Virus record (IMG/VR): IMGVR_UViG_3300028833_000055
Coordinates: 174,446-238,445 of that record
Origin: a virus
Lineage: Duplodnaviria; Heunggongvirae; Uroviricota; Caudoviricetes
Reading direction: 5' to 3' (one strand)
Length of the DNA: 64,000 nucleotides
The notes under the pieces were generated by a model, which was not told the DNA's origin, made no database searches, and saw only the letters and a list, made by a program, of their open reading frames with translations. A program made the translations under genes and the position numbers. Positions 18,504 to 28,170 of the stretch are shown in pieces; the first letter of the stretch is position 1; each line of letters begins with the position of its first letter.

Positions 18504-20345
18504 TTATTGTACGATTTCATAACGGTATTTTTTCTCGTCCGTATTATATTTGAGTTCGAAAACGATAGGTATCATTTGTTTTCCATTATAGAAATATTCA
18601 TCGAAACTGTAGTTTTCACTGTCACTGTTTTCACTGGGTCTTTCAAATAGGAGTTCCATCCTTTCTTCAATGTTTTGTGAACATTCTGTAATTTCAACTC
18701 TCTTCGTTATATTTCTACTTGTTCTTGTTTTTATATCTTCCATACCCTTCATTTCCGAAAGAAGAGAATTTATGTAATATAAGCAGGTGAAATCCATATT
18801 TTCTTTTGATAGAAGTCTTATCAGCAAATAATATGGAAATTCATTTAAAACATAGTCTTTATCAAATTTGCTTTGCGGGTATAAAATTTCAAGTTCATTA
18901 TCCGAGTAGGATGAAAGATGCCCAACTATCTCTTTAAAAAAAGTTTCACTTTCACTTGTTGCATCTACAACATCTTTGGTTATTTGTATGGTGAATCTTT
19001 TGTGTGATAAATTGTTTTCGTTGGTATTTCTCAATCCTACATATGTGCCATATAGATTTGCCGAACCCATACTATCTATTTCTTTCTTTAAATATGAATA
19101 TAATGTTTTCCAGCTGAAGTCTTCATATAATTTATAAGTAGTAGGCAACGGTTCTATGTTTTTTTCGGAATACTTATATAATTTATACTGGTTGTTTTTT
19201 CCTAGTACATAACAGATAGGTTTCAACTGTTTTCCTTCCTTTACATCAAAGTATTCAGGAATTTCTTCCTTATCGAGGAATATATTTAACCTTTCGTACT
19301 TATATCCATGCTCTATGACATCAATCAAAGTACTTGGTATTCTGCTTGTTATTTTCTTTATTTCCGTTAGGTTCTTTTTATCAACAATGGTTGTTTCTTC
19401 ACCTTTCTTATTTTTATAATAGATTCCCTTCAATAGAAAGACAATTAAGATAAGTCCTATCAAGTCCATATTGTCTATTGATAACAATTTGACTATTTCA
19501 TAGTATAGGAATAAATCTTCAAGGTTTTCCTTTTCGTCATATTTAAACGGATAACAAGATTCTATAAGTTCTTTTGTTAACCAAGAATCGAATGTGTCAT
19601 AATCACTCCCTTCATACTCTTTTTCCCATATTTCTTCATATTTATCTTTGAGTTCCAATATGAAATTCAATAGTCTATTTTCATTTATTATTTCAACAAC
19701 AACGGGTGTCATTTTTATAATATGGAGTTTGTCATCTTTGACATGTTCGTTATTGTTTTTTAATATCACATATGTGTTGAATTTTTCTTGTTCGTTATTT
19801 TTTACGGATTTCTCCACTTGTTCCTTTAGTGTTTCATACAGTTTCTTCCAGTCATCACCTTCTATCACCATAGATACAGAAGTATTGTCCTTATCGACCG
19901 AAAGTATACCATTTTCATCTACGATAAGTCCGTCTCCTATCCTAACCACACCAATATCTTTCTTTGATGCGGTTTTGATGGAAATGATACCATCCTTATC
20001 CACATTTATGTTCTTCCCTACACTTACCAGTCCCCTTACGGAATTACCCGCCACAGGTACTGAAATCTTTCCGTCCTTGAGGTTTATGTTGTCTCCGACC
20101 TGTACCAGACCCATTCTGTTATAGTCTGTCTTAGGTATGACCACATTCAAGTCACCCGTACCGGTTACTTCTAGATAGTTGCCCGATATCTTTACTATTC
20201 CGGCCTTATTCTTGCTTGCATAGCTCAAATCCGTTATGTCCTCTATCTTATGTTCGTGTTTCTTCTTTGAAAATTTTTCGTTGAGAGCCTTCAATAGTGT
20301 CTGTAATCCACTTAATGACAAAAACTTGTTGCTGTTACTTTTCAT
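18504..20345 (-). CDS. tail fibre protein
   Basis: 613 aa; N-terminus has four tandem ~20-aa units G[IL]V.[IV][GS].N[IL].V.KDG.IS, typical of phage fibre beta-repeats; a distinct C-terminal domain follows. Confidence 0.55.
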   Translation of the reverse strand: MKSNSNKFLSLSGLQTLLKALNEKFSKKKHEHKIEDITDLSYASKNKAGIVKISGNYLEVTGTGDLNVVIPKTDYNRMGLVQVGDNINLKDGKISVPVAGNSVRGLVSVGKNINVDKDGIISIKTASKKDIGVVRIGDGLIVDENGILSVDKDNTSVSMVIEGDDWKKLYETLKEQVEKSVKNNEQEKFNTYVILKNNNEHVKDDKLHIIKMTPVVVEIINENRLLNFILELKDKYEEIWEKEYEGSDYDTFDSWLTKELIESCYPFKYDEKENLEDLFLYYEIVKLLSIDNMDLIGLILIVFLLKGIYYKNKKGEETTIVDKKNLTEIKKITSRIPSTLIDVIEHGYKYERLNIFLDKEEIPEYFDVKEGKQLKPICYVLGKNNQYKLYKYSEKNIEPLPTTYKLYEDFSWKTLYSYLKKEIDSMGSANLYGTYVGLRNTNENNLSHKRFTIQITKDVVDATSESETFFKEIVGHLSSYSDNELEILYPQSKFDKDYVLNEFPYYLLIRLLSKENMDFTCLYYINSLLSEMKGMEDIKTRTSRNITKRVEITECSQNIEERMELLFERPSENSDSENYSFDEYFYNGKQMIPIVFELKYNTDEKKYRYEIVQ

Positions 20346-20357
20346 ATCTTAATGTTT

Positions 20358-22523
20358 TTAAAGAATGGTTGTATTTATTAATCTTTCTAATTCACGAGTC
20401 GTTATGATATTGTTACTTGAAATTTCTGTTTCAATTTCCGATGTGGAACTGTTTGTTTCGGAAACACTTGAACAGTCGTATTCAAACGAAGGTGTTTCGG
20501 TCTGGTTCATCACTTCGTTGGTGCAGATGATTTCAATGGTCGGCTTCGTCGATATTTCATTACCCTCTATGGTTATGGACTGGTGCCAAGTGCTACCGAT
20601 ATGGCCGGTGTATATGGTGAGGTTGTGTCCGTTGAAATCTATGTAGTCCCTTATCAACAACTTCAGTGTCTGTCCTTTCTTCCATTTTACATCGTTGTCA
20701 TCAACATATATGTTCAGGTTGTTGGTGCAGGGGTCTCCCTTGACATAAAGTATCATAAGGTTTGCACCCTCTTCGAGTGTGGTGTAAAGGTTGAGTTTGG
20801 TGTTCACATCGGTGTGGTTGACGTTGAACTTGTTCTCTATGTTCACCGGACTTGTGAAATCGGGTTCGGGATACATCGCCATCATATTCCTTCTGCTGTC
20901 CACTGTGACAGCCTCCCTTCTAACGGTGATTATCATATTGTAGATGTCATTCAACTTGTATGTCGAGTTCTTCAAGTCGATAGTCACCTTTCCGTCTTCG
21001 TTTGTCACTTGTGTTCCGTATCCTTCGACAACCGATACCGGATTGTTCTGTTCGGCTATATGGTTGTCAACCTTCTGGTTTATGTCGGAGATGAGTCCGT
21101 TCAAGGCGAGCTGGTCGGTAAGTCCGGAACCGTTAAGTCTCACTTCAATGTCCCTTACCCTGTTCTCCACGGAAGACAAGGTGTCAACCCCGTACAGAAG
21201 CACTTCAAGTTCGCTTACACGGTTTTGTAGTCTTGCTATCTCCGTCTGTTGCCTGTTAAAAATATCAATGGTCTGTTGTAATTTTGTCATATCGTCTAAA
21301 TATTCTTGAAATGTCTCTAATAGTTCCGTGTTGAATTCGGTGAGATTTTCGAAATCGGAATCACCCGTTTCAATATATGTGGTACTTGTCGGATATGCGT
21401 CAACCTTTATGTCCACCTTCAAGGCGAATGAGTTTCCGTTCTGCAAGTTCGTGGTCTTATGTTTAGGGTAACGCTGTATGTATCCGGTTGGTATCTGTCC
21501 CCCCGTACTGGTGACTTCCTCCAAAAACAGGATACCGTAAAGGTTCGTCACCGTATTACCAGTACCGTTATCGGTGAAGTCGTAGTATATCAGTATGCAG
21601 TTGAACTCGAAGTCTTCGGCAGAGAGTTCGTTCATACTCATTATGTCATAATATCCTATTCTGTTGTTACGGTAGAATGTGTCCCTGAAATCTATGACAT
21701 ATCCGATGTCTCCACTGTATGTGTTTTCGGGATGTTCGGTGTCATATATGGCGTTTGTCGACAGTCCGTATTCGTTGGTGTCCTGTGTGGTGTCGGTGGA
21801 ACCTATTATTTTCTCCGAGTTCAAGGTGATGTTGCCGCCGTTGTAGTTGTTGTCGGTGATTGTACCGAACCTCACTTCGTAGCTTGCACCGACCGTACTC
21901 GGAATGTGCAGATATAATTCACTGTAAACATCACCGTCTATCTCCACCGAATTTATTATCTCAATGTTTCCGATGTATTTTACGGTTCTTGCATTGACAT
22001 AATCACTATGGTGGAGAGTGTCTCCACTGCTGTAACTCAGGTCGCCGCACTTTTCGTAGTACAGACTTGTTCCGGTTCCTGCATATTCAAATTTTATACC
22101 GTTCACCTTCTGCAACCAGTTGAAGAAAACCCTTTCCGAAGGAGACCTCAGCACACTGTTGTCAAAACCATCATCGTCACCTTCACCGTTCAATATGGCG
22201 GTTTCGTAGTTCATCACATAGTTCTGCAAGTGTTCCGCTAACATCAAGTTGAAATCACCGCCTACATCTTGTCTCGGATAATCGGGAAAACCATACTGGA
22301 TGGGGTCTGAATCTTCACTCGTGGCTTGTTTGAGATATATCAGACTGTCATCGTCATAAACCGTGGAGGTAGTCATATCCTTTAAATTGAGGCAGGCGAA
22401 CCGACTGAATCTGAAGGAATAACTATCATTTGTAAAAACCCTTGCTACATCTCTCTGTGCAGACGGGAATGTATAGAGAGTTCCACCGTTTACTCTTGGT
22501 TTTGTCAATAATGGTGTAACCAT
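20358..22523 (-). CDS. large virion structural protein
   Basis: 721-aa ORF with a central coiled-coil (LQQTIDIFNRQQTEIARLQNRVSELEVLL); first gene after the terminator at 22563-22592. Confidence 0.5.
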   Translation of the reverse strand: MVTPLLTKPRVNGGTLYTFPSAQRDVARVFTNDSYSFRFSRFACLNLKDMTTSTVYDDDSLIYLKQATSEDSDPIQYGFPDYPRQDVGGDFNLMLAEHLQNYVMNYETAILNGEGDDDGFDNSVLRSPSERVFFNWLQKVNGIKFEYAGTGTSLYYEKCGDLSYSSGDTLHHSDYVNARTVKYIGNIEIINSVEIDGDVYSELYLHIPSTVGASYEVRFGTITDNNYNGGNITLNSEKIIGSTDTTQDTNEYGLSTNAIYDTEHPENTYSGDIGYVIDFRDTFYRNNRIGYYDIMSMNELSAEDFEFNCILIYYDFTDNGTGNTVTNLYGILFLEEVTSTGGQIPTGYIQRYPKHKTTNLQNGNSFALKVDIKVDAYPTSTTYIETGDSDFENLTEFNTELLETFQEYLDDMTKLQQTIDIFNRQQTEIARLQNRVSELEVLLYGVDTLSSVENRVRDIEVRLNGSGLTDQLALNGLISDINQKVDNHIAEQNNPVSVVEGYGTQVTNEDGKVTIDLKNSTYKLNDIYNMIITVRREAVTVDSRRNMMAMYPEPDFTSPVNIENKFNVNHTDVNTKLNLYTTLEEGANLMILYVKGDPCTNNLNIYVDDNDVKWKKGQTLKLLIRDYIDFNGHNLTIYTGHIGSTWHQSITIEGNEISTKPTIEIICTNEVMNQTETPSFEYDCSSVSETNSSTSEIETEISSNNIITTRELERLINTTIL

Positions 22524-22562
22524 ATTTTCTTATAAATTAGATTATATTTTATTTATGCAACA

Positions 22563-22592
22563 ATAAAAAAGAGGGAGATTTCTCCCCCTCTT
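22563..22592 (-). terminator. rho-independent terminator
   Basis: GAGGGAGA-ttt-TCTCCCCCTC hairpin; a T-run follows on the minus strand, 3' of the dnaK-like gene. Confidence 0.65.
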
Positions 22593-22613
22593 CCATATTG
22601 TTTTCAAAAAGTT

Positions 22614-24488
22614 TTACTTTTTACCGAAAAAGTCACTGAAGTTCGCTCCAAACGGATTGTTCTGTGGGTTTTCTCCGTTCTGTTTCGAATATATCTCCGT
22701 CCCCGCTTCCATAAGGGATTTGTTAAGGATTTCCATACATGCCTTGCACGAACCGGCGTCTTTTTCCTCGAAGGCGTTTTTCAGAGCGTTGATACCGTTT
22801 TCAATCTCCGTTTTCTTTCCTTCGGAAATCTTGTCACCGTTTTCTTCAAGGAACTTCTCACTCTGGAAAATGGTGTTGTCCGCCATATTCAATGTCTGTA
22901 TCCTTTCGGATTCCTTTTTGTCTGCGTCTGCATTGGCTTCCGCCTCCTCTTTCATACGCTTGATTTCGTCATCGGACAGCCCGGAGTTGGATTCAATTCT
23001 GATGTCCTGTTTCTTTCCCGTACCCTTGTCTATTGCCGATACAGTGAGAATACCGTTTGCATCGATGTCGAAGGTAACTTCAATCTGTGGAACACCACGT
23101 CTTGCCGGAACGATACCGTCAAGGTGAAATCTTCCCAACGACTTGTTGTCCCTTGACATAGGTCTTTCACCCTGCAATACGACTATTTCAACTGAAGGCT
23201 GGTTGTCAACGGCGGTTGTAAATGTCTCGGTTTTCTTTGTCGGGATGGTTGTGTTTGCTTCAATGAGTTTTGTCATTATACCGCCTTCGGTCTCGATACC
23301 GAGTGAAAGAGGTGTGACATCGAGGAGAAGAATATCACCAATTGATTTATCACCAGATAACACGGCACCTTGAAGACATGCACCAAGAGAAACCGCCTCG
23401 TCCGGATTCACACTCTTATTTGGTACTTTTCCGAATGTTTTTTCAATCGCCTGTTGTATAGACGGTATTCTTGTTGAACCACCTACTAGTAAAATTTCAT
23501 CTATGTCTGAATTTGATATTTTTGATTTTCTCAAACACTCTTTACAAGTTTCTATTATCTTGTTTGTCAAACCAAATGACATTTCCTCAAATTTACTTCT
23601 TGTTAGTGTTTTTGTAAAATGAACAGGTACACCATCTATACTTGATATATAAGGAAGATTTATGTCTGTTGTAAGTGAAGATGATAATTCTATCTTTGCT
23701 TTTTCTGCGGCTTCTGTCATTCTTTGTATAGCCATAGTATCTTTGGAAATATCAAAATTAGAATTTTCTTTCTTAAATTCATCTATAATCCAATCAACAA
23801 TTAAATTATCATAATCCTTACCCCCAAGATGCAAGTCTCCATTTGTACCAAGAACCTCCATAACACCAGATGAGATATCGAGCATTGTGAAATCGGATGT
23901 TCCACAACCTATGTCAGCAACAAGAACCTTATACTCCTTTTCCGTATCAAGTTTATAACCGAAACTCAATGCCGCCGCCGTCGGTTCGTTTATAACCCTT
24001 AAAACATTTAGACCGGCAATTTCTCCGGCATCTTTAACCGCTTGTCTTGCACTATCACCATAGTATGCCGGGCATGTTATAACAGCATCTGAAACTTCTT
24101 CGCCAAGATAATCTTCTGCTGTTTTTTTCATCTTTTGAAGAATCATAGCGGATATTTCTTGTGGTGAATATGTTTTTCCGTTTACTTCCACATAAGCCAT
24201 ACCGTTTTTACCCTTTATAACATTATATGAAACTCGTTTTATCTCATCAGTAACATCGTCATATTTTTCACCCATAAAACGTTTTATGAACAAAATTGTT
24301 TCCTTTGGAAACATAACACTTTGACGAAGTGCCGGATTTCCTACTTTTATTTCGTTTTTTGCAAACGAAACGACACTTGGTGTTGTAGAACACCCTTCAT
24401 TGTTAAAAATAACTTTTGGTTTTCCTTGTTCCATTACAGATACACAAGAGAATCCTGTTCCTAAATCTATTCCAAGTATATTCTTCAT
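22614..24488 (-). CDS. dnaK: Hsp70/DnaK-family chaperone, full length
   Basis: N-terminal [15 protein letters not shown]...[17 protein letters not shown] matches the Hsp70 phosphate-1 motif; substrate-binding domain [30 protein letters not shown]; 624 aa covering NBD, SBD and lid. Confidence 0.9.
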   Translation of the reverse strand: MKNILGIDLGTGFSCVSVMEQGKPKVIFNNEGCSTTPSVVSFAKNEIKVGNPALRQSVMFPKETILFIKRFMGEKYDDVTDEIKRVSYNVIKGKNGMAYVEVNGKTYSPQEISAMILQKMKKTAEDYLGEEVSDAVITCPAYYGDSARQAVKDAGEIAGLNVLRVINEPTAAALSFGYKLDTEKEYKVLVADIGCGTSDFTMLDISSGVMEVLGTNGDLHLGGKDYDNLIVDWIIDEFKKENSNFDISKDTMAIQRMTEAAEKAKIELSSSLTTDINLPYISSIDGVPVHFTKTLTRSKFEEMSFGLTNKIIETCKECLRKSKISNSDIDEILLVGGSTRIPSIQQAIEKTFGKVPNKSVNPDEAVSLGACLQGAVLSGDKSIGDILLLDVTPLSLGIETEGGIMTKLIEANTTIPTKKTETFTTAVDNQPSVEIVVLQGERPMSRDNKSLGRFHLDGIVPARRGVPQIEVTFDIDANGILTVSAIDKGTGKKQDIRIESNSGLSDDEIKRMKEEAEANADADKKESERIQTLNMADNTIFQSEKFLEENGDKISEGKKTEIENGINALKNAFEEKDAGSCKACMEILNKSLMEAGTEIYSKQNGENPQNNPFGANFSDFFGKK

Positions 24489-24519
24489 ATTATTTTGTTT
24501 TTATCTCTTTTAAATATAA

Positions 24520-24560
24520 CAAAAAATCCACAAATATTTGTGGATTTTTTTTTTTTTATT
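24520..24560. terminator. bidirectional terminator
   Basis: ATCCACAAATATTTGTGGAT palindrome flanked by AAAAAA and T13. Confidence 0.7.
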
Positions 24561-24568
24561 ATTATTAT

Positions 24569-25060
24569 TTATTCTTTTTCTTCGTGTTTTTCAGTTTTTT
24601 CCATTTCTGGTTCAAACTCCTTTCTATATTCCTTTTCGTCTTCTTCCTTCATCCTCTTTCTTGCACGTTCTTCCCTTTCCTCCATACTTCTTTCCTTCGC
24701 CCTTTTCTTCTCCTCCTCTTCCTTTTTCAACATAAAGTCGGCTACTATATCATCGGTTACGGGTTCCTTCTTTAATATCTTTATGAACTTGAAGGAACGG
24801 AAACTTCTCCAAGCGAACTTGTCGAGGTCGTAATAGACCATCTGGTATGCTGGTTTCGGACCGCCCGTCCCCTTGATGGGTGGCAGGAAATCGGGATGAA
24901 GTGTTCCGTGTGCCTTTCTTATTGAACCGTCTCTTTTCTGAAACTTGAAAGTAAGAACATTTTCACGGAGAAGTTTTCTCATAATCTTCCTCTCCTTGAG
25001 TACAAGGCTTCCCGAAAGTTTCGCCTCATTGATGTATTCTATGTAATCCAATATTTTCAT
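24569..25060 (-). CDS. small protein, paralogue of 33007..33390, with a K/E/R-rich C-terminal tail
   Basis: Shares DG..R.A.GTL..D.LP...YYDL....(W/F)RSF....IKI with the 127-aa ORF at 33007..33390. Confidence 0.5.
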   Translation of the reverse strand: MKILDYIEYINEAKLSGSLVLKERKIMRKLLRENVLTFKFQKRDGSIRKAHGTLHPDFLPPIKGTGGPKPAYQMVYYDLDKFAWRSFRSFKFIKILKKEPVTDDIVADFMLKKEEEEKKRAKERSMEEREERARKRMKEEDEKEYRKEFEPEMEKTEKHEEKE

Positions 25061-25075
25061 CTTAAGTGTTTTTGT

Positions 25076-25783
25076 TTAATATCGTTTATCGGAATATCTT
25101 TTACACAACCTGAAACGAGTAGAACTTTCAAGTCCATATGAGTCGCTGGTTCTATAAAAATCAAAATGGTTGTCTTCGGGTTTAAAATGATAATCATCAA
25201 GACGTATATTCATACCCGTGTTTACTGTATAATCATTTCCATAATAAGATATTGAATGATAATTGTCAAGATGTTTAAGGGCGGCCAATATTTTTATAGG
25301 TACATCAAATATCTCACATTGTATTATTTTTTTCTTATCGTCATCAACAACACATTTAATATCCTTTTTTAGTTTTTTAAGAGCGTCATCCAACCAACCA
25401 ATTCGAATCAGTTGATATTTTTTAGACATTTCAAACATTTCAAGACACCTCTGAACATCTTCGTTTCCCAAAAAAGGTCTTGAACGCCAAAAGGCGTTAT
25501 TGTCATAACCATATTCAACCAACTCTTTGAGTGGACTATAATCTATATCGGAATCTTCATCGCTTTTTGCAAGAAAATCCATATTTGCAATCTCTATCTT
25601 TCGTTGTTCCTCATCTTTTCCGCCATAGGTTTTACCGGTGTCTATAAATTGAACATTATTTTCTTCAACCCATTTGTCGATTAAATTATCTATACCTCTG
25701 GATATTCGCTCTTTCGGTGTATAATCTTCTTCCCTTTTTATAGCATCGAAATATTCCTTTGTCAAATTAAGCAGTATTCCCAT
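25076..25783 (-). CDS. leader-family protein (MGILLNLTKEYF N-terminus)
   Basis: 235 aa; same N-terminal 12-mer as four other proteins; the rest is unrelated. Confidence 0.55.
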   Translation of the reverse strand: MGILLNLTKEYFDAIKREEDYTPKERISRGIDNLIDKWVEENNVQFIDTGKTYGGKDEEQRKIEIANMDFLAKSDEDSDIDYSPLKELVEYGYDNNAFWRSRPFLGNEDVQRCLEMFEMSKKYQLIRIGWLDDALKKLKKDIKCVVDDDKKKIIQCEIFDVPIKILAALKHLDNYHSISYYGNDYTVNTGMNIRLDDYHFKPEDNHFDFYRTSDSYGLESSTRFRLCKRYSDKRY

Positions 25784-25785
25784 TT

Positions 25786-26382
25786 TTATTTCTTTTTCTT
25801 GTCTTCTTCGACAGTGTTCCTTATCATTCTCATAAGGTCTTTCTGGTTACTCGACTTGTAACCGGTCGTAACTTCCGTAGCTGTGGTGTCATCGACATTC
25901 ATACTGTCCTTTTCGATGGAAATCTTCCTGTACTCCTCCTCTGCGTTGGCCACATAGTTGGTCTGTGTCTTAACGAGGTCTATGAATGTCCTTTGCAAGT
26001 TTCCGACGGCATCGAAAAGTTTAGGGTTGATGTCTCCCATCTCTATATTTTCCATCAGCAGAGATATTGCTCTTTCACTGACTTCCATCTGGTTCATAAT
26101 TTTTCCAAGTGTCATAGAATCCAGGTTTACCTTCGCCTGAACATATTCCGACTTGGATATGAAACCTTCCGACAGATAGAGTCTCAACAGGGATGTCATA
26201 ACCTTCTCGGCCTTCTCTTTTGCTTTCACAAGTGCCGGTGGTTCTCCTTCGGGAACTTTCACGGGTGTCCTGTTGAATGTCAGTGTAGTGGCATCCACGT
26301 CTTTGTTTATGTCTATGTCGTTTTCCAACAGAAGGTCAGATATACTGTCCTTGTAAGGGTTATTTTCAAGATTGTCTTTCAT
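25786..26382 (-). CDS. hypothetical protein
   Basis: 198-aa ORF; predicted helical. Confidence 0.5.
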   Translation of the reverse strand: MKDNLENNPYKDSISDLLLENDIDINKDVDATTLTFNRTPVKVPEGEPPALVKAKEKAEKVMTSLLRLYLSEGFISKSEYVQAKVNLDSMTLGKIMNQMEVSERAISLLMENIEMGDINPKLFDAVGNLQRTFIDLVKTQTNYVANAEEEYRKISIEKDSMNVDDTTATEVTTGYKSSNQKDLMRMIRNTVEEDKKKK

Positions 26383-26388
26383 ATTGTT

Positions 26389-27621
26389 TTAATTTATAAA
26401 AAGATAATATATTCTTACTTCTTCATCTTCACCGACGGTTATTCTTACTTTATATTCTTTATTGTCATAACTCGACAAGTATTGTCCGTATCCATCTTCA
26501 TCCACGCAAAGTTCGGCGAGTTCTTTAAGGTCATAGTACGAAGAGTCCAAATCACCAAAATTAGAAATAAATTCATCGACGACATCATTTATATCATCGA
26601 CCTTCTTTTCTACAAACTCATGTTTTTTGTCGCTTATGTTGAACTTTGGTGAACTATAATCGAGTTCAAAGTATTCATCATCATCTTCGACCACACCGTA
26701 ATCTATAAAGTATTTTACAAGGTCTTCATCGTTGAGTTCTTCGATTATTTTTTCCGCTTCTTCGAGTGAAAGTTCCTCATCGTTCTTCATCATTTCTTCG
26801 GCGAGTTCCTTCTTGACATCTTCTACATCGAACCTCGGTTCGGTATGGTTCGTATTAAAATAATTTGAATTATCATCTATGATGTCATATTCAATCATTT
26901 CGTCATATAACCTACTTTCGTGCTTGCCATTCTCGTTTTCTATGTCGTCACTATAATTTTCATAATCTACCTTGAAAAAATCCTTTAACGAATCCGTATC
27001 AATCCAAGAATCACCGACCACATTTATAAAACGCTTTACTTCCTCGCTGTCCATATTGTCGGAGAATGTGTCTTCTAACATATTCTCACTTTCTTCTATG
27101 GCGGCACTTCTCACCCAATCCTCCTCATATATTTTTATATCACGACTGGTATTGTCGGATTCCACCTTGTATTTCCATTTGTCCGATGAGTCTCCTTCTT
27201 CTATCTCCAATCCTTCATCGATAGGTAATGTGTCTTCCAAATCGGCCGTATATATAGCTTTCAGCGGTTCAAAGTCGACTTCCATCAAATCCACATCCGT
27301 TGTTATCCATTGTGTGATTGCGTCACCAAATTCACCAATGTTTTTTTTCACCTCCTTTAAAGTGGATTCTTTTATATAGTAATACAAATCTTGACCGCTA
27401 TCGTCCTTTGCGATTCCGAAGTATATAGGTTCGTCCATAAAGTTAAAATCCCTTCTTATGAGATGATTTTCATCATCGTCCATAACCATAGCATCTCTCA
27501 TAAAGGGATAGTCGCTATATTTTACTATATATTTCTTACCTTCAATTTTAATGGTGCGACCTTCCTCACCTCTGACATCTTCATCAAAATATTCTTTTGT
27601 AAGACTCAATAAAACACCCAT
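26389..27621 (-). CDS. leader-family protein, highly acidic (MGVLLSLTKEYF N-terminus)
   Basis: 410 aa, very Asp/Glu-rich; shared N-terminal leader. Confidence 0.55.
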   Translation of the reverse strand: MGVLLSLTKEYFDEDVRGEEGRTIKIEGKKYIVKYSDYPFMRDAMVMDDDENHLIRRDFNFMDEPIYFGIAKDDSGQDLYYYIKESTLKEVKKNIGEFGDAITQWITTDVDLMEVDFEPLKAIYTADLEDTLPIDEGLEIEEGDSSDKWKYKVESDNTSRDIKIYEEDWVRSAAIEESENMLEDTFSDNMDSEEVKRFINVVGDSWIDTDSLKDFFKVDYENYSDDIENENGKHESRLYDEMIEYDIIDDNSNYFNTNHTEPRFDVEDVKKELAEEMMKNDEELSLEEAEKIIEELNDEDLVKYFIDYGVVEDDDEYFELDYSSPKFNISDKKHEFVEKKVDDINDVVDEFISNFGDLDSSYYDLKELAELCVDEDGYGQYLSSYDNKEYKVRITVGEDEEVRIYYLFIN

Positions 27622-27660
27622 ATATTCTAATATCTTATTTGATATTTTATTTATGGTTCA

Positions 27661-28128
27661 TTATCTTTTCCCTTGATATATTCCTGTAATGTCTTTCCAT
27701 ACACCGTCTCCGGTGTTTTTGTACATCCTCTGGTTTGTGGAGGGTGAATTGAGGGGACCGAGTTCGGAAATGTATCTTCCCGTTTTTATGTAATCAAATT
27801 CTTGCAGTTCGTCTAAAGGCAGGATATCGTTTCCAGAAAACAAGGCTACTTTCATATCATTGTGATTTTTCTTTATGTACCTTGCATATTCCTTCATTTC
27901 AATCCACCCGTCAAAGTTTCCGTGTCCCATAAAGCAGATGCACGAAACACCTTTGTTCTTGTCTATCAGATAGTCTATGGATGTTTCGTTCAGTTCGTAT
28001 CCGATGTCTTCCCATAGGTGTTTTGAATGACAATCGGGACAATGGAACTTGCAGTTCGATATGTTGACACATAATGTTATCTCATCGGGTATTTCTTCAA
28101 ATACCACTTGTGTATCCGTGTATTTCAT
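27661..28128 (-). CDS. nrdG: anaerobic ribonucleotide reductase activating protein (radical-SAM, small phage-type)
   Basis: 155 aa; Cys cluster CVNISNCKFHCPDCHS near the N-terminus; directly downstream of nrdD. Confidence 0.7.
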   Translation of the reverse strand: MKYTDTQVVFEEIPDEITLCVNISNCKFHCPDCHSKHLWEDIGYELNETSIDYLIDKNKGVSCICFMGHGNFDGWIEMKEYARYIKKNHNDMKVALFSGNDILPLDELQEFDYIKTGRYISELGPLNSPSTNQRMYKNTGDGVWKDITGIYQGKR

Positions 28129-28141
28129 AATCTAAATATAA

Positions 28142-28170
28142 CAAAAAGGAGAGGTCTCCCTCTCCTTTTT
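28142..28170. terminator. hairpin terminator between nrdD and nrdG
   Basis: AGGAGAGG-tctc-CCTCTCCT with T6 on plus and an A/T-run on minus; the nrdD stop codon lies within the T-run. Confidence 0.6.

Noticed and set aside
24416-24833. ORFs 24416..24775, 24495..24833 and 24538..24735 with F/L-rich translations
   Set aside because: They are produced by the poly-T/poly-A terminator region and the K/E-rich tail of the minus-strand gene 24569..25060, not real proteins.
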